DNA of 58,512 nucleotides, from assembly GCA_030037065.1 (NCBI GenBank), contig JASHRW010000099.1:1-58512 (forward strand). Direction: 5' to 3'. The notes under the pieces were generated by a model. That model was given only the letters and a program-made list of their open reading frames with translations. It ran no database searches and was not told the origin of the DNA. The position numbers and the translations under genes are program-made. This document shows positions 1 through 9,212 of the stretch, piece by piece. The DNA comes from Xanthobacteraceae bacterium. Lineage in GTDB: Bacteria; Pseudomonadota; Alphaproteobacteria; Rhizobiales; Xanthobacteraceae. How positions within the stretch are numbered: position 1 is the stretch's first letter; every line of letters begins with the position of its first letter.

Positions 1-1
1 C

Positions 2-1765
2 CTCACCGCCATCTTCTGCTCCGGCCTGGAAGAGATGCAGGCGACGCCGACGCCGGTGTTGAGCCGCATCATCGCCCGGCTGCGTCCGGCGCGCGGCCCG
101 CGCAAGCTCACCGAGACCGACGATTTCGTCATCGACAACAACCGCATCAACATCGCCGGTCCCGACGTGTTCAAGCGCGATCCGGTCAACCTGATCCGAT
201 TGTTTCATCTGGCGCAGAAGTACAATCTGGAATTCCGGCCGGAGGCGATGCGCACGGTGACGCGCTCGCTCAAGCTGATCGACAAGGATTTGCGCGAGGA
301 CGCCGAAGCCAACCGGCTATTTCTGGAGATCCTGACGTCGAACAACGACGCCGAAACCGTGCTGCGGCGCATGAACGAGGCCGGCGTGCTCGGCGCCTTC
401 GTACCCGATTTCGGCCGCGTCGTCGCGATGATGCAGTTCAACATGTACCACCATTACACGGTGGACGAGCATCTGATCCGCTGCATCGGCGAACTTGGCC
501 AGATCGAGCGCGGCGAGAACCCGGCCGTGGCGCTGGCGAGCGAGCTGATGCGCACGATCCAGCCGCAGCACCGCACGTTGCTTTGCGTTGCGCTGTTCCT
601 GCACGACATCGCCAAGGGACGGGTCGAGGACCATTCCACCGCCGGCGCGCGTATCGCCCGCCGCTTGTGTCCGCGGCTCGGCTTCAACGCCGCCGACACC
701 GAACTCGTCGCCTGGCTGGTCGAAGTGCACCTCGTCATGTCGATGCTGGCGCAATCGCGCGACCTGTCCGACCGTAAGACGATCGAGAATTTCGCCGCCG
801 TGGTGCAGTCGCTCGAGCGCATGAAGCTGCTCGCCATCCTCACCACCGCCGACATCCGTGCGGTCGGTCCCGGGGTGTGGAACGGCTGGAAGGCGCAACT
901 CATCCGCACGCTCTATTACGAGACCGAGCCGGTGCTTACCGGCGGCTTCTCCGAGGTCAACCGGGCGCAGCGCGTGGCCGTGGCGCAGGCCGAACTTCGT
1001 GCCGAGCTGGCCGACTGGCCGGAAGCCGAGCGCGAGGCCTATATCAGCCGCCACTATCCGGCTTATTGGCTCAAGGTCGATCTGCCACACAAGCTGGCGC
1101 ATGCCCGGTTCGTCCGCGCGGCGGAAGCGGAGGGCAAACGGTTGGCAACCAGCGTCGGCTTCGACGCCGGCCGCGGCGTCACCGAACTGACCGTACTCAC
1201 GCCCGACCATCCGTGGCTGCTGTCGGTCATCGCCGGCGCCTGCGCGCTGGCCGGCGGCAACATCGTCGACGCCCAGATCTTCACCACCACCGACGGCCTG
1301 GCGCTGGACACCATCTCGGTCTCGCGCGAATTCGAGCGCGACGAAGACGAAGCGCGGCGCGCCGCCCGCATCGGCGATTTGATCGAAAAAGCGTTGCGCG
1401 GCCAGATCAAATTGCCCGACGTGGTGCCCAACCGCGCGCCGCCGAAGGGTCGGCTCAAAGCGTTCGCCATCGAGCCGGAAGTGACCATCAACAATCAATG
1501 GTCGGCGCGCTATACCGTGGTCGAGGTGACCGGCCTCGACCGGCCCGGTCTGCTCTACGAACTGACCACGACGCTCTCCAAGTTCAATCTCAACATCGCC
1601 TCGGCGCATGTTGCCACCTTTGGCGAGCGCGTCGTCGACGTGTTCTACGTCACCGACCTGACCGGCGCGCAGATCACGGCGCCAACCCGCCAGGCCGCGA
1701 TCAAGCGCCCGCTACTGGCGCTGTTCGCGCCGCCGGCTGTGGAGGCGAAGGCCGCGGCGGAGTAG
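2..1765 (+). CDS. glnD: [Protein-PII] uridylyltransferase/uridylyl-removing enzyme GlnD, C-terminal part (5' end outside window)
   Basis: The frame is open from nt 2, so the gene is truncated by the window edge. HD-domain motifs HHYTVDEHL and LFLHDIAKG are present. Two C-terminal ACT-like repeats are visible (VTELTVLTPDHPWLLS.. and YTVVEVTGLDRPGLLYELT..). Confidence 0.9.
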   Translation, partial: LTAIFCSGLEEMQATPTPVLSRIIARLRPARGPRKLTETDDFVIDNNRINIAGPDVFKRDPVNLIRLFHLAQKYNLEFRPEAMRTVTRSLKLIDKDLREDAEANRLFLEILTSNNDAETVLRRMNEAGVLGAFVPDFGRVVAMMQFNMYHHYTVDEHLIRCIGELGQIERGENPAVALASELMRTIQPQHRTLLCVALFLHDIAKGRVEDHSTAGARIARRLCPRLGFNAADTELVAWLVEVHLVMSMLAQSRDLSDRKTIENFAAVVQSLERMKLLAILTTADIRAVGPGVWNGWKAQLIRTLYYETEPVLTGGFSEVNRAQRVAVAQAELRAELADWPEAEREAYISRHYPAYWLKVDLPHKLAHARFVRAAEAEGKRLATSVGFDAGRGVTELTVLTPDHPWLLSVIAGACALAGGNIVDAQIFTTTDGLALDTISVSREFERDEDEARRAARIGDLIEKALRGQIKLPDVVPNRAPPKGRLKAFAIEPEVTINNQWSARYTVVEVTGLDRPGLLYELTTTLSKFNLNIASAHVATFGERVVDVFYVTDLTGAQITAPTRQAAIKRPLLALFAPPAVEAKAAAE

Positions 1766-1809
1766 CGCGGCGGAGTAATACTAGCGGCAGCAAATACTGA
1801 CTCATCGCC

Positions 1810-1891
1810 GTCATCGTCCGCGAAGGCGGACGATCCAGTAATCGCCGTCGCGCTGGTGTTTACTGGATGCCCTGCCTTCGCAGGGTATGAC
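1810..1891. repeat. REP-like nested palindromic element (two hairpins flanking a central inverted repeat)
   Basis: Hairpin 1 is ATCGTCCGC-gaag-GCGGACGAT (1813-1834). The central inverted repeat is ATCCAGTAA (1833-1841) / TTACTGGAT (1860-1868). Hairpin 2 is ATGCCCTGC-cttc-GCAGGGTAT (1867-1888). The outer termini are GTCAT...ATGAC. It lies between the convergent glnD and TetR genes. Confidence 0.75.
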
Positions 1892-2018
1892 CAAATCAAA
1901 AATTGTCGCCGTTGTGGGTAATACGCGAGTCGCCGGAGCAGATAACGCCGCTCGACCAAAACATCGCCTGCATTCAACCGAGGCCGCGCAAAACTTCGGG
2001 AACCATGTGCGCAGGCGT

Positions 2019-2747
2019 TCACTTGACGCTGCTATCCTGGCACGCGGCCAAAAAGAACGCGACGCTGCGAGCCACATGAGGCCTAATCTCGGCCTGCAGC
2101 GAGTCAAGCTTCTCTCCGAACAGTGCCCGCAGCATCAGCGGGAAGACGACCAAATTAATGAAGAATCGGCTCGTCGTCGCGAGCCGCTCCGGCGCGAATG
2201 ACGGCAACGATGCAAGCGTATCCGATTGGGTTGCCTCGCTTAAGATCCGGGCAACCGCTTCCTCGCCGCGCTGCCTCGCCATGCGGTGGACATTGCTGGC
2301 CAGATCCGGAAACCGACGTGCTTCGGAAATGCTCACCCGCATCAAATCGATGGTAGGGCCGCCCAAAGCCCAATGCAGGATTGCGGCGCCCATATCGGCC
2401 AAGCAGTCGTCTATTGTTGCTCCGGTCGGAACATTGCTTTCGAACCGTTCAATCGCGGCGGTAACGTTGCGCAGCACAACGGCGGCGAACAATTCCCCCT
2501 TGCTGGAAAACCGCGCGTAGATCGTCGGTTTGCCGGCACGGGCACGGCTGGCGATCTCGTCGATACTGGCGCCGGCCAACCCACGTTCGAGAAAAACAGC
2601 CCGGGCGGCATCCAGAATGCGCTCATCCACCTCGCCAGCGCGCGCGCGAGGCGGCCTTCCGCTGCGCACAGCGGGTCGCTTCTGAGTAGGGCTTTGGGCG
2701 GTTTGCAGCCGGATCATCGCTAGCCTCACGGTCTCGTGAACGCCCAC
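2019..2747 (-). CDS. TetR/AcrR family transcriptional regulator
   Basis: The N-terminal HTH reads RILDAARAVFLERGLAGASIDEIASRARAGKPTIYARFSSKGELF. It is divergent from the EmrAB-like pump genes. The start is ambiguous (GTG 2747 or ATG 2717). Confidence 0.85.
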   Translation of the reverse strand: MGVHETVRLAMIRLQTAQSPTQKRPAVRSGRPPRARAGEVDERILDAARAVFLERGLAGASIDEIASRARAGKPTIYARFSSKGELFAAVVLRNVTAAIERFESNVPTGATIDDCLADMGAAILHWALGGPTIDLMRVSISEARRFPDLASNVHRMARQRGEEAVARILSEATQSDTLASLPSFAPERLATTSRFFINLVVFPLMLRALFGEKLDSLQAEIRPHVARSVAFFLAACQDSSVK

Positions 2748-2792
2748 CTTATCACCCTGATAAATAGCATGTTCTAGAGCAAAAGTAAATAA

Positions 2793-2807
2793 ACGGAACG
2801 GTTCCGT
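2793..2807. promoter_or_regulatory. Perfect 15-bp palindrome, candidate TetR operator
   Basis: The sequence is ACGGAAC-G-GTTCCGT. It sits in the AT-richer divergent region between the TetR gene and the pump operon. Confidence 0.5.
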
Positions 2808-2846
2808 ATAAATACGTTGACAGCATTTTAGCGACCGGCTAGATAA

Positions 2847-2867
2847 GAAACGAAACGGTATCGTTTC
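2847..2867. promoter_or_regulatory. Second inverted repeat in the TetR/pump control region
   Basis: The sequence is GAAACGA-aacggta-TCGTTTC, with an inner AAACG/CGTTT pair. It lies 40 bp from the first palindrome. Confidence 0.4.
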
Positions 2868-3065
2868 TTTCGTTTAGCGATCAGATGCGTCAGAGATCGC
2901 TGGCGGCCGAATCCAGAGGAACCTCACGATGTCGCGGAACGAAAAAGCCCAAGGTCATGCAAAGAGCGCTGCCGCCGGCGCGGGCTGGGGCTCCTCTGTT
3001 GGATGGCGTTTTCGGCTGCGCCGGACCTGTACGCGCTCAACAATCTCATTCAGTGGAGGTGAGCC

Positions 3066-4217
3066 GTGTTTTTAGATGCAGAGAAGCACGCGGGCGATCA
3101 ACAGGGCGCGCAAGCACTGCTGGAGCGCGCCGATTCGCCATCGTCCACATTTTCACCTTCGCTGGACATTGATCGTCAGCCCGACACCGGGGAGAATTCC
3201 GCCCGCGCACGAGGACCGGCACCGCAAGAGCATCCCTCTGATAAATACCCGGTCATCGAGTCCCCGCCGCTTCAGGACGATCGGCCTAACCAGGACGCAG
3301 AGAACGGAGATGAGCCGCGGCCGGGGCTGTTGAGACGGCATCCGTTCGCAGTTGCGCTCGGTCTGCTTCTGTTCATTTCCGTGGCGGCGGCAGGCTATCT
3401 ATACTGGGACAACAGCGGTCACTTCGAAGCAACCGACGATTCCTTCATCGCGGCGCGCCAGTTTGCCATTGCCCCGCAGGTGTCCGGCTATATCACCGCC
3501 GTATCGGTGACCGACAACCAGCATGTCGCCGCCGGTGGGGTGATCGCGCGGATCGACGATCGCAGTTATCGCATCGCGCTCGACCAGGCCAAGGCGCAAT
3601 TGGCACACGACCAATCGCTGCTCGTGCAGGCACAGAGGAATCTCGACCGCTATCAGTATCTCGCCAGGACAAGTTCGATCGCCCAGCAACAGGTTGACGA
3701 TCAGACCTATCTGGTAGCGCAGGACAAGGCCACGGTCGCGCTCGATCAGGCGAAAGTGGATGCGGCTCAGCTCAATCTCTCCTACACCACGGTGACTGCG
3801 GTCCAGGCGGGGCGCGTGGTCAGCCTGAGCGGCGCCGTCGGCCAATTCGTCCAGGCCGGCACGGCGTTGACGATGTTTGTGCCGGACGAAATCTGGGTCA
3901 CGGCGAATTTCAAGGAGACACAGCTCGACGCAATGCGGCCCGGACAACCGGTGACATTGACAATCGACGCCTATCCGCACCGCCCCATCCGCGGCCACGT
4001 CGCCAGTGTCCAATCAGGGTCGGGGCCGGCCTTTTCGCTGCTGCCGCCGGAGAACGCGACCGGCAACTGGGTCAAGATCGTGCAGCGCGTGCCGGTCAAG
4101 ATTGTCATGGATGATCCGCCCGCCGATGTTGCGCTCGGACCCGGCATGTCGGTCGAGACGAGCGTGCGGGTCAATCCGACTTCGTCCCTGTACGAGCGAT
4201 TGAGGGCTTGGCTATGA
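3066..4217 (+). CDS. HlyD/EmrA-family membrane fusion (periplasmic adaptor) protein
   Basis: A GTG start follows GGAGG (3055-3059). One TM segment is present (FAVALGLLLFISVAAAGYLYW). The lipoyl/barrel region VSGYITAVSVTDNQHVAAGGVIARIDD ... LNLSYTTVTAVQAGRVVSL is typical of EmrA. About 100 aa of polar N-terminal extension precede the TM. Confidence 0.8.
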   Translation: MFLDAEKHAGDQQGAQALLERADSPSSTFSPSLDIDRQPDTGENSARARGPAPQEHPSDKYPVIESPPLQDDRPNQDAENGDEPRPGLLRRHPFAVALGLLLFISVAAAGYLYWDNSGHFEATDDSFIAARQFAIAPQVSGYITAVSVTDNQHVAAGGVIARIDDRSYRIALDQAKAQLAHDQSLLVQAQRNLDRYQYLARTSSIAQQQVDDQTYLVAQDKATVALDQAKVDAAQLNLSYTTVTAVQAGRVVSLSGAVGQFVQAGTALTMFVPDEIWVTANFKETQLDAMRPGQPVTLTIDAYPHRPIRGHVASVQSGSGPAFSLLPPENATGNWVKIVQRVPVKIVMDDPPADVALGPGMSVETSVRVNPTSSLYERLRAWL

Positions 4218-5821
4218 GCGCCGCCGCGATCAGAGCGCTGCCAAGCGCCGCGGCAAGCAGTGCCACCGTCAATCCCTGGCTGATCGCCGTGTTGGTCGCG
4301 TTCGCTTCCTTCATGGAGACCCTCGACACAACCATCGCTAATGTGGCGTTGCCTTATATCGCCGGGGGCTTAGGAGTGAGCGAGGACGAAGCGTCCTGGG
4401 TCATCACCACCTATCTGGTCGCCAACGCAGTCAGTTTGACGGCGAGCAGCTACCTCGCACAGCGACTCGGTCGCAAGTCGTTCTTTCTGACTTGCTTGGC
4501 GCTGTTTACTGCAAGCTCTGTGCTCTGCGGTTTCGCACCGAACCTGCAGGCGCTTTTGTTGTTCCGCGTCCTGCAAGGCCTCGCCGGCGGCGGCATGGTC
4601 CCGGCCTCGCAATCGATTTTGGCGGATTCGTTTCCGCCGGAAAAGCGCGGCCAGGCGTTTGCGCTGTTCGGCATCGCCGTTGTCGTGGCGCCGGTTGTCG
4701 GCCCGACGCTCGGCGGCTGGCTGTCGGATAATTGGTCCTGGCAATGGTGCTTTGAGATCAACGGCCCGATCGGCCTCCTTGCGCTGGCGCTTCTCGCCGT
4801 CACGCTCCGCGATTCGCAGGCCGCGGCGGCGGAGCGCAAGCGGCTTGCGCGACAAGGCAGTGCATTCGACTTGATCGGTTTTGCGCTGGTGGCCACCTTT
4901 CTCGGCGCACTTGAGATTGCGCTCGACCGCGGGCTCGAAGACGATTGGTTCGGCTCGAACTTTATCGTCGGAGTCGTGTCCGTGTGCGTGCTCGCCTTCG
5001 TGCTCATGATTCCGTGGGAGCTGAGCCGCAGAAACCCCGCAATCGACGTCCGGATCGTGGCGACGCGCCAGTTCGGCATCTGCTTCCTGGTGATGCTGGC
5101 AACCGGCGCCATCCTGCTCTCAACCACCCAGTACCTGCCGCAGCTTGTGCAGGCGGAATACGGCTACACAGCAACATGGGCCGGTCTCGTGCTCTCTCCT
5201 GGCGGCGTGGTGACTGCGATCATGATGCCTGTCGCCGGACGGCTATCCGGCAAAGTGCAGCCTCGCATTCTCATTGCCATCGGCGCCACAATGTGCGCGC
5301 TGGCGATGTTCGACATGACCAGGATTACTGGCGAGGTAGACTTCTGGTTCTTTGTGTCTTCCCGCATGCTGCTGAGCGTCGGCCTGCCGTTCGTCTTCAT
5401 CCCGATCCTCACGGCGTCCTTTGATGGAATACCGCACGACAAGACCGACATGGCCTCGGCCTTGATCAACATGGCGCGCAACACCGGCGGCTCGATCGGG
5501 ATATCGCTTGCCAACAACGTTCTGGCACACCGGGAGCAGTTCCATCAGAGCCGGCTCGTTGAACTCGTCAATCCCTCCACACCTCAATATCAGGACGCCT
5601 TGAAGCACGTGACTGACTATTTCGCGGCGCTGGGCGGCTCGCTGGCGCACGCACAGCAACAGGCTTTTACCTGGATCGGCCAGCAGGTGCAGACGCAGGC
5701 GGCCCTTCTCGCTTACATCGACGTGTTCTGGGCGCTGATGCTGATTTCCGCCGCCGCGGTGCCACTGGCACTGACCTTGCGCAAGGTGAAACTCGGAGGT
5801 CCGGCTCCGGTGACGCACTGA
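4214..5821 (+). CDS. DHA2 (EmrB/QacA) family MFS drug-efflux transporter
   Basis: The ATG overlaps the adaptor stop (ATGA at 4214-4217). The signature LDTTIANVALPYIAGGLGVSEDEASWVITTYLVANAV is present. The protein has many TM segments and is about 535 aa. Confidence 0.85.
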   Translation: MSAAAIRALPSAAASSATVNPWLIAVLVAFASFMETLDTTIANVALPYIAGGLGVSEDEASWVITTYLVANAVSLTASSYLAQRLGRKSFFLTCLALFTASSVLCGFAPNLQALLLFRVLQGLAGGGMVPASQSILADSFPPEKRGQAFALFGIAVVVAPVVGPTLGGWLSDNWSWQWCFEINGPIGLLALALLAVTLRDSQAAAAERKRLARQGSAFDLIGFALVATFLGALEIALDRGLEDDWFGSNFIVGVVSVCVLAFVLMIPWELSRRNPAIDVRIVATRQFGICFLVMLATGAILLSTTQYLPQLVQAEYGYTATWAGLVLSPGGVVTAIMMPVAGRLSGKVQPRILIAIGATMCALAMFDMTRITGEVDFWFFVSSRMLLSVGLPFVFIPILTASFDGIPHDKTDMASALINMARNTGGSIGISLANNVLAHREQFHQSRLVELVNPSTPQYQDALKHVTDYFAALGGSLAHAQQQAFTWIGQQVQTQAALLAYIDVFWALMLISAAAVPLALTLRKVKLGGPAPVTH

Positions 5822-5903
5822 GAGGTCAGGATCAGTAACCCACCTTTAAACCGCGCCCTCTACCGTCGCGCGGCGCTTTCTTTGATGCGCCTGGGGACGG
5901 GAT

Positions 5904-8006
5904 ATGGCGTGGCCACGGCGAAGCCGAAAGCGCGCGCTCACGCACGCAAGCCTCGACCTGCGGCTGCGCCCGCAGGACCGCGCCGGCGGCCCGTTTTCCC
6001 GGCCCTCCAACCAGCGGCGGCGCGCCGACCGGGCGCCGCGTACTCCGCGCGGGAGCGGCCGCGGTCGGAAAGGCCGCGCCGGCATCGGCCGGCTGATCTA
6101 TTGGGGCGCCGTGCTGGCGCTATGGGCCGCGATCGCGGTGATCGGCATCGTGGTCTGGGTCGGCGCGCATTTGCCGCCGATTCAGTCGCTGGAAATTCCG
6201 AAACGGCCGCCTTCGGTTCTGATCCTCGGCGACAACGGTGCGACGCTCGCCACGCGCGGCGACATGGGTGGCGCCGCGGTGCCGCTGCGCGAGTTGCCGG
6301 CCTACGTGCCGAACGCCTTCGTCGCCATCGAGGACCGCCGCTTCTATTCGCATTATGCCGTCGATCCGTGGGGCATCATGCGTGCGGCCATCGCCGACGT
6401 GCTGCATCGCGGCGCCGCACAGGGCGGCTCGACTATCACCCAACAGCTCGCCAAGAATCTGTTCCTGACACAGGAGCGCACGCTCACCCGCAAGCTGCAG
6501 GAAGTGATGCTGGCGTTCTGGCTCGAACACAAATTCACCAAGAGGCAGGTTCTCGAGCTTTATCTCAATCGCGTTTATTTCGGTGCCGGCGCCTACGGCG
6601 TCGAGGCGGCGGCACAGCGCTACTTCGGCAAATCGGCGCGGCAATTGACGTTGCCCGAAGCCGCCATGCTCGCCGGCTTGGTGCAGTCGCCGTCGCGTCT
6701 TGCGCCCACGCGCAACCCGGACGGTGCCGAGGCTCGCGCGCGACTGGTCATTGCCGCCATGGCCGAGCAGAAAATGATCTCTCCCGATCAGGCGCGGCTC
6801 GCGCTCGCCCATCCGGCGCGGGCGAAAGAGCCGAGCGGCGCCGGCTCGGTCAATTATGTGGCCGACTGGGTGATGGACGCGGTCAACGATCTCGTCGGCA
6901 ACTTCGATCGGGATATCGTGGTCGAGACCACGATCGATCCGACGCTGCAGAATGCCGCCGAGCGCGCGCTGGTGGACACGCTCAATCAGCGCGGCGCCAA
7001 ATTCGGCGTCGGCGAGGGCGCCTTGGTCGCGATGACGCCCGACGGCACGGTTCGCGCGCTGGTCGGCGGCAGGAACTACGCGGACAGCCAATTCAATCGC
7101 GCCATCGCGGCGAAGCGGCAGCCCGGTTCGGCATTCAAGCCGTTCGTCTATCTCACCGCGCTCGAGCACGGTCTCACCCCCGACACCGTCCGCGAGGATG
7201 CGCCGATCTCAGTCAACGGCTGGAAGCCGGAAGATTTCGAACACCGTTATTACGGGCCGGTGACCCTGACCCAGGCGCTCGCCGATTCGATCAACACCGT
7301 GGCGGTGCGCCTTTGCTTGGAGGTCGGTCCGTCAGCCGTCATTCGCACCGCCTATCGCATGGGCATCACCTCGCAACTCGAACCCAACGCCTCGATCGCG
7401 CTTGGCACCTCCGTGGTGTCGCCGTTCGAACTGGTGTCCGCTTATGCGCCGTTTGCCAATGGCGGGTTCGCCGCCTCGCCGCACGTCATCGAGCGCATCC
7501 GCACCACCGAGGGCAAGATTCTCTACACCCGTCCGCCGCAGGCGCTCGGCCGCGTCGTCGACGCGCGTTATGTGGCGATGATGAATGCGATGATGCGCGA
7601 GACTCTGGTTTCCGGCACCGCGCGCGCCGCAAATCTTCCCGGCTGGCCGGCGGCCGGCAAGACCGGCACCAGCCAGGATTACCGCGACGCCTGGTTCATC
7701 GGCTACACGTCGCGGCTGGTCACCGGCGTGTGGCTCGGCAACGACGACGATGCGCCGACCAAACGAGCCACCGGCGGCGGGCTGCCGGTCGATATCTGGA
7801 GCGCCTTCATGCGCGCCGCGCTGCGCGGCGTGCCGCCGACGCCGCTGCCCGGCCTTGCCGGCGGCGGCTGGTATGCTGCTGCGACGCCGCTCACGCCCAG
7901 CGAGCCCTATCCCGCGACGGCGCAGCGCAATGCGCCGGCGCCGCAAGCCGGTCGGGGCGGCGGGCTCGACGTCTGGCTGCTCGATAAGCTGTTCGGCCGG
8001 CGTTGA
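5904..8006 (+). CDS. Class A penicillin-binding protein (glycosyltransferase + transpeptidase, PBP1A type)
   Basis: Glycosyltransferase (GT51) motifs are AIEDRRFYSH, GGSTITQQLAKN and RKLQEVMLAFWLE. Transpeptidase motifs are SAFKPF (SxxK), SIN (SxN) and KTGTS (KTG). An Arg-rich cytoplasmic tail precedes the single TM. Confidence 0.9.
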   Translation: MAWPRRSRKRALTHASLDLRLRPQDRAGGPFSRPSNQRRRADRAPRTPRGSGRGRKGRAGIGRLIYWGAVLALWAAIAVIGIVVWVGAHLPPIQSLEIPKRPPSVLILGDNGATLATRGDMGGAAVPLRELPAYVPNAFVAIEDRRFYSHYAVDPWGIMRAAIADVLHRGAAQGGSTITQQLAKNLFLTQERTLTRKLQEVMLAFWLEHKFTKRQVLELYLNRVYFGAGAYGVEAAAQRYFGKSARQLTLPEAAMLAGLVQSPSRLAPTRNPDGAEARARLVIAAMAEQKMISPDQARLALAHPARAKEPSGAGSVNYVADWVMDAVNDLVGNFDRDIVVETTIDPTLQNAAERALVDTLNQRGAKFGVGEGALVAMTPDGTVRALVGGRNYADSQFNRAIAAKRQPGSAFKPFVYLTALEHGLTPDTVREDAPISVNGWKPEDFEHRYYGPVTLTQALADSINTVAVRLCLEVGPSAVIRTAYRMGITSQLEPNASIALGTSVVSPFELVSAYAPFANGGFAASPHVIERIRTTEGKILYTRPPQALGRVVDARYVAMMNAMMRETLVSGTARAANLPGWPAAGKTGTSQDYRDAWFIGYTSRLVTGVWLGNDDDAPTKRATGGGLPVDIWSAFMRAALRGVPPTPLPGLAGGGWYAAATPLTPSEPYPATAQRNAPAPQAGRGGGLDVWLLDKLFGRR

Positions 8007-8089
8007 GCGGCAATCGCGAGCGGTGGCGGCATTACTACGCCAATCGCAGGCGAGTAGAGCGTCGCCAGGAATGCGCGCAAGGGCGTCAC

Positions 8090-9088
8090 CTATTTGATCG
8101 ACAGCCCTAGCGCCTTGACCATCTTGCCCCATTTATCCACTTCGGAATTGAACATGGCGTCGGCTTGTGCCTGCGATCCGACGATCGGTTCGAAGCCGAA
8201 ATCGATCAGTCGCTTCTGCACGGCAGGGGTCTGGATGATGTCGTCGATGGTTTTGTTCAGCGTTGCGAGAATTTCTGGATCAGTCTTGGCCGGAGCGAAG
8301 AAGCCCACCCAGGACGCCGCCGTGAAGCCTGGAAAGCCCTGCTCCGCATAGGTCGGCACATTCGGCGTCACAGCGGCGCGCTTGTCTGCCGCGATGCCGA
8401 GGCCCTTTAGCTTGCCGCTGGCGATCTGCGCGGCAGCGGGGCCGCCAAGCGTAGTTGCCAGGAGATCGATCTGATTGCCGATGGTGGCAGTGATCGCCGG
8501 CGCGCCGCCCTGGAAGGGAATGTGCTGCGCCGGAACCTTGGCCAAGAATTTGAAGAAATAGGCCGCCTCGATATGTGATCCGGTGCCGACGCCGGCCGAG
8601 CCGAAATTGATGGTCTTGCCCTTCATCTCCTTGATGAACTCGACCAGATTGTTGGCGGGATTGCTCGGGCTCGTGGCCAAAGCTTCCGGGCTCGACGCGG
8701 CGATGGCGACGGCGGTGAGATCGGTCCGCGAAAACGGATTGTGCTCGTGCAGCGTCTCGTTGATGGCAAGCGCCGTCGTCGTGGCCAGAAGCGTGTAGCC
8801 GTCGGGGTTCGCGCGCGCGACGACACCGGCGGCGATATCGCCGCCGGCACCGCTGCGATTTTCCACGACTACGGTTTGGTGCAGACGCTCGCTTAAGCCT
8901 TGCCCGATGAGCCGCGCCAGCGTGTCGGCAATGCCTCCGGGCGCAAAGCCGACGATCAGCGTGATCTTGTTGGCCGGGTAATTCTCCGCTTCGGCCCGGC
9001 CTGCTGCGACAACGAGCAACGCCGCGGCTGCTGCCGCAACGACATGGCGGATCATCATTTGGCGGACAATGGCATGGCGTCGCAGCAT
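8090..9088 (-). CDS. Bug-family (TctC-like) tripartite tricarboxylate transporter substrate-binding protein
   Basis: A signal peptide is followed by YPANKITLIVGFAPGGIADTLARL, the family signature. No tctA or tctB is nearby. The start is possibly 9058. Confidence 0.85.
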   Translation of the reverse strand: MLRRHAIVRQMMIRHVVAAAAAALLVVAAGRAEAENYPANKITLIVGFAPGGIADTLARLIGQGLSERLHQTVVVENRSGAGGDIAAGVVARANPDGYTLLATTTALAINETLHEHNPFSRTDLTAVAIAASSPEALATSPSNPANNLVEFIKEMKGKTINFGSAGVGTGSHIEAAYFFKFLAKVPAQHIPFQGGAPAITATIGNQIDLLATTLGGPAAAQIASGKLKGLGIAADKRAAVTPNVPTYAEQGFPGFTAASWVGFFAPAKTDPEILATLNKTIDDIIQTPAVQKRLIDFGFEPIVGSQAQADAMFNSEVDKWGKMVKALGLSIK

Positions 9089-9212
9089 GCGCGTTTCCTC
9101 GGATCGGGTTGTTATCCTGTCATCGATTGGCTGGCGGAGGGCAATATTTCAGCCCGTAGGGTCGCTGACAAGCATTCAGGAATGGCGCGTTGCCGCAGAC
9201 CTGCGCCGAAAT

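Noticed and set aside
5882-7987. A 701-aa ORF overlapping the PBP gene in another frame. Similar long shadow ORFs include 317-1609(-), 19022-20335(-), 42962-44203(-), 46508-47767(-), 15677-17038(-) and 53930-54751(-).
   Set aside because: Their translations are Arg/Ala/Pro/Gly-rich low-complexity strings without any recognisable motif. Each overlaps a frame that carries clear family signatures. This is the typical stop-codon-poor shadow-frame pattern of GC-rich DNA.
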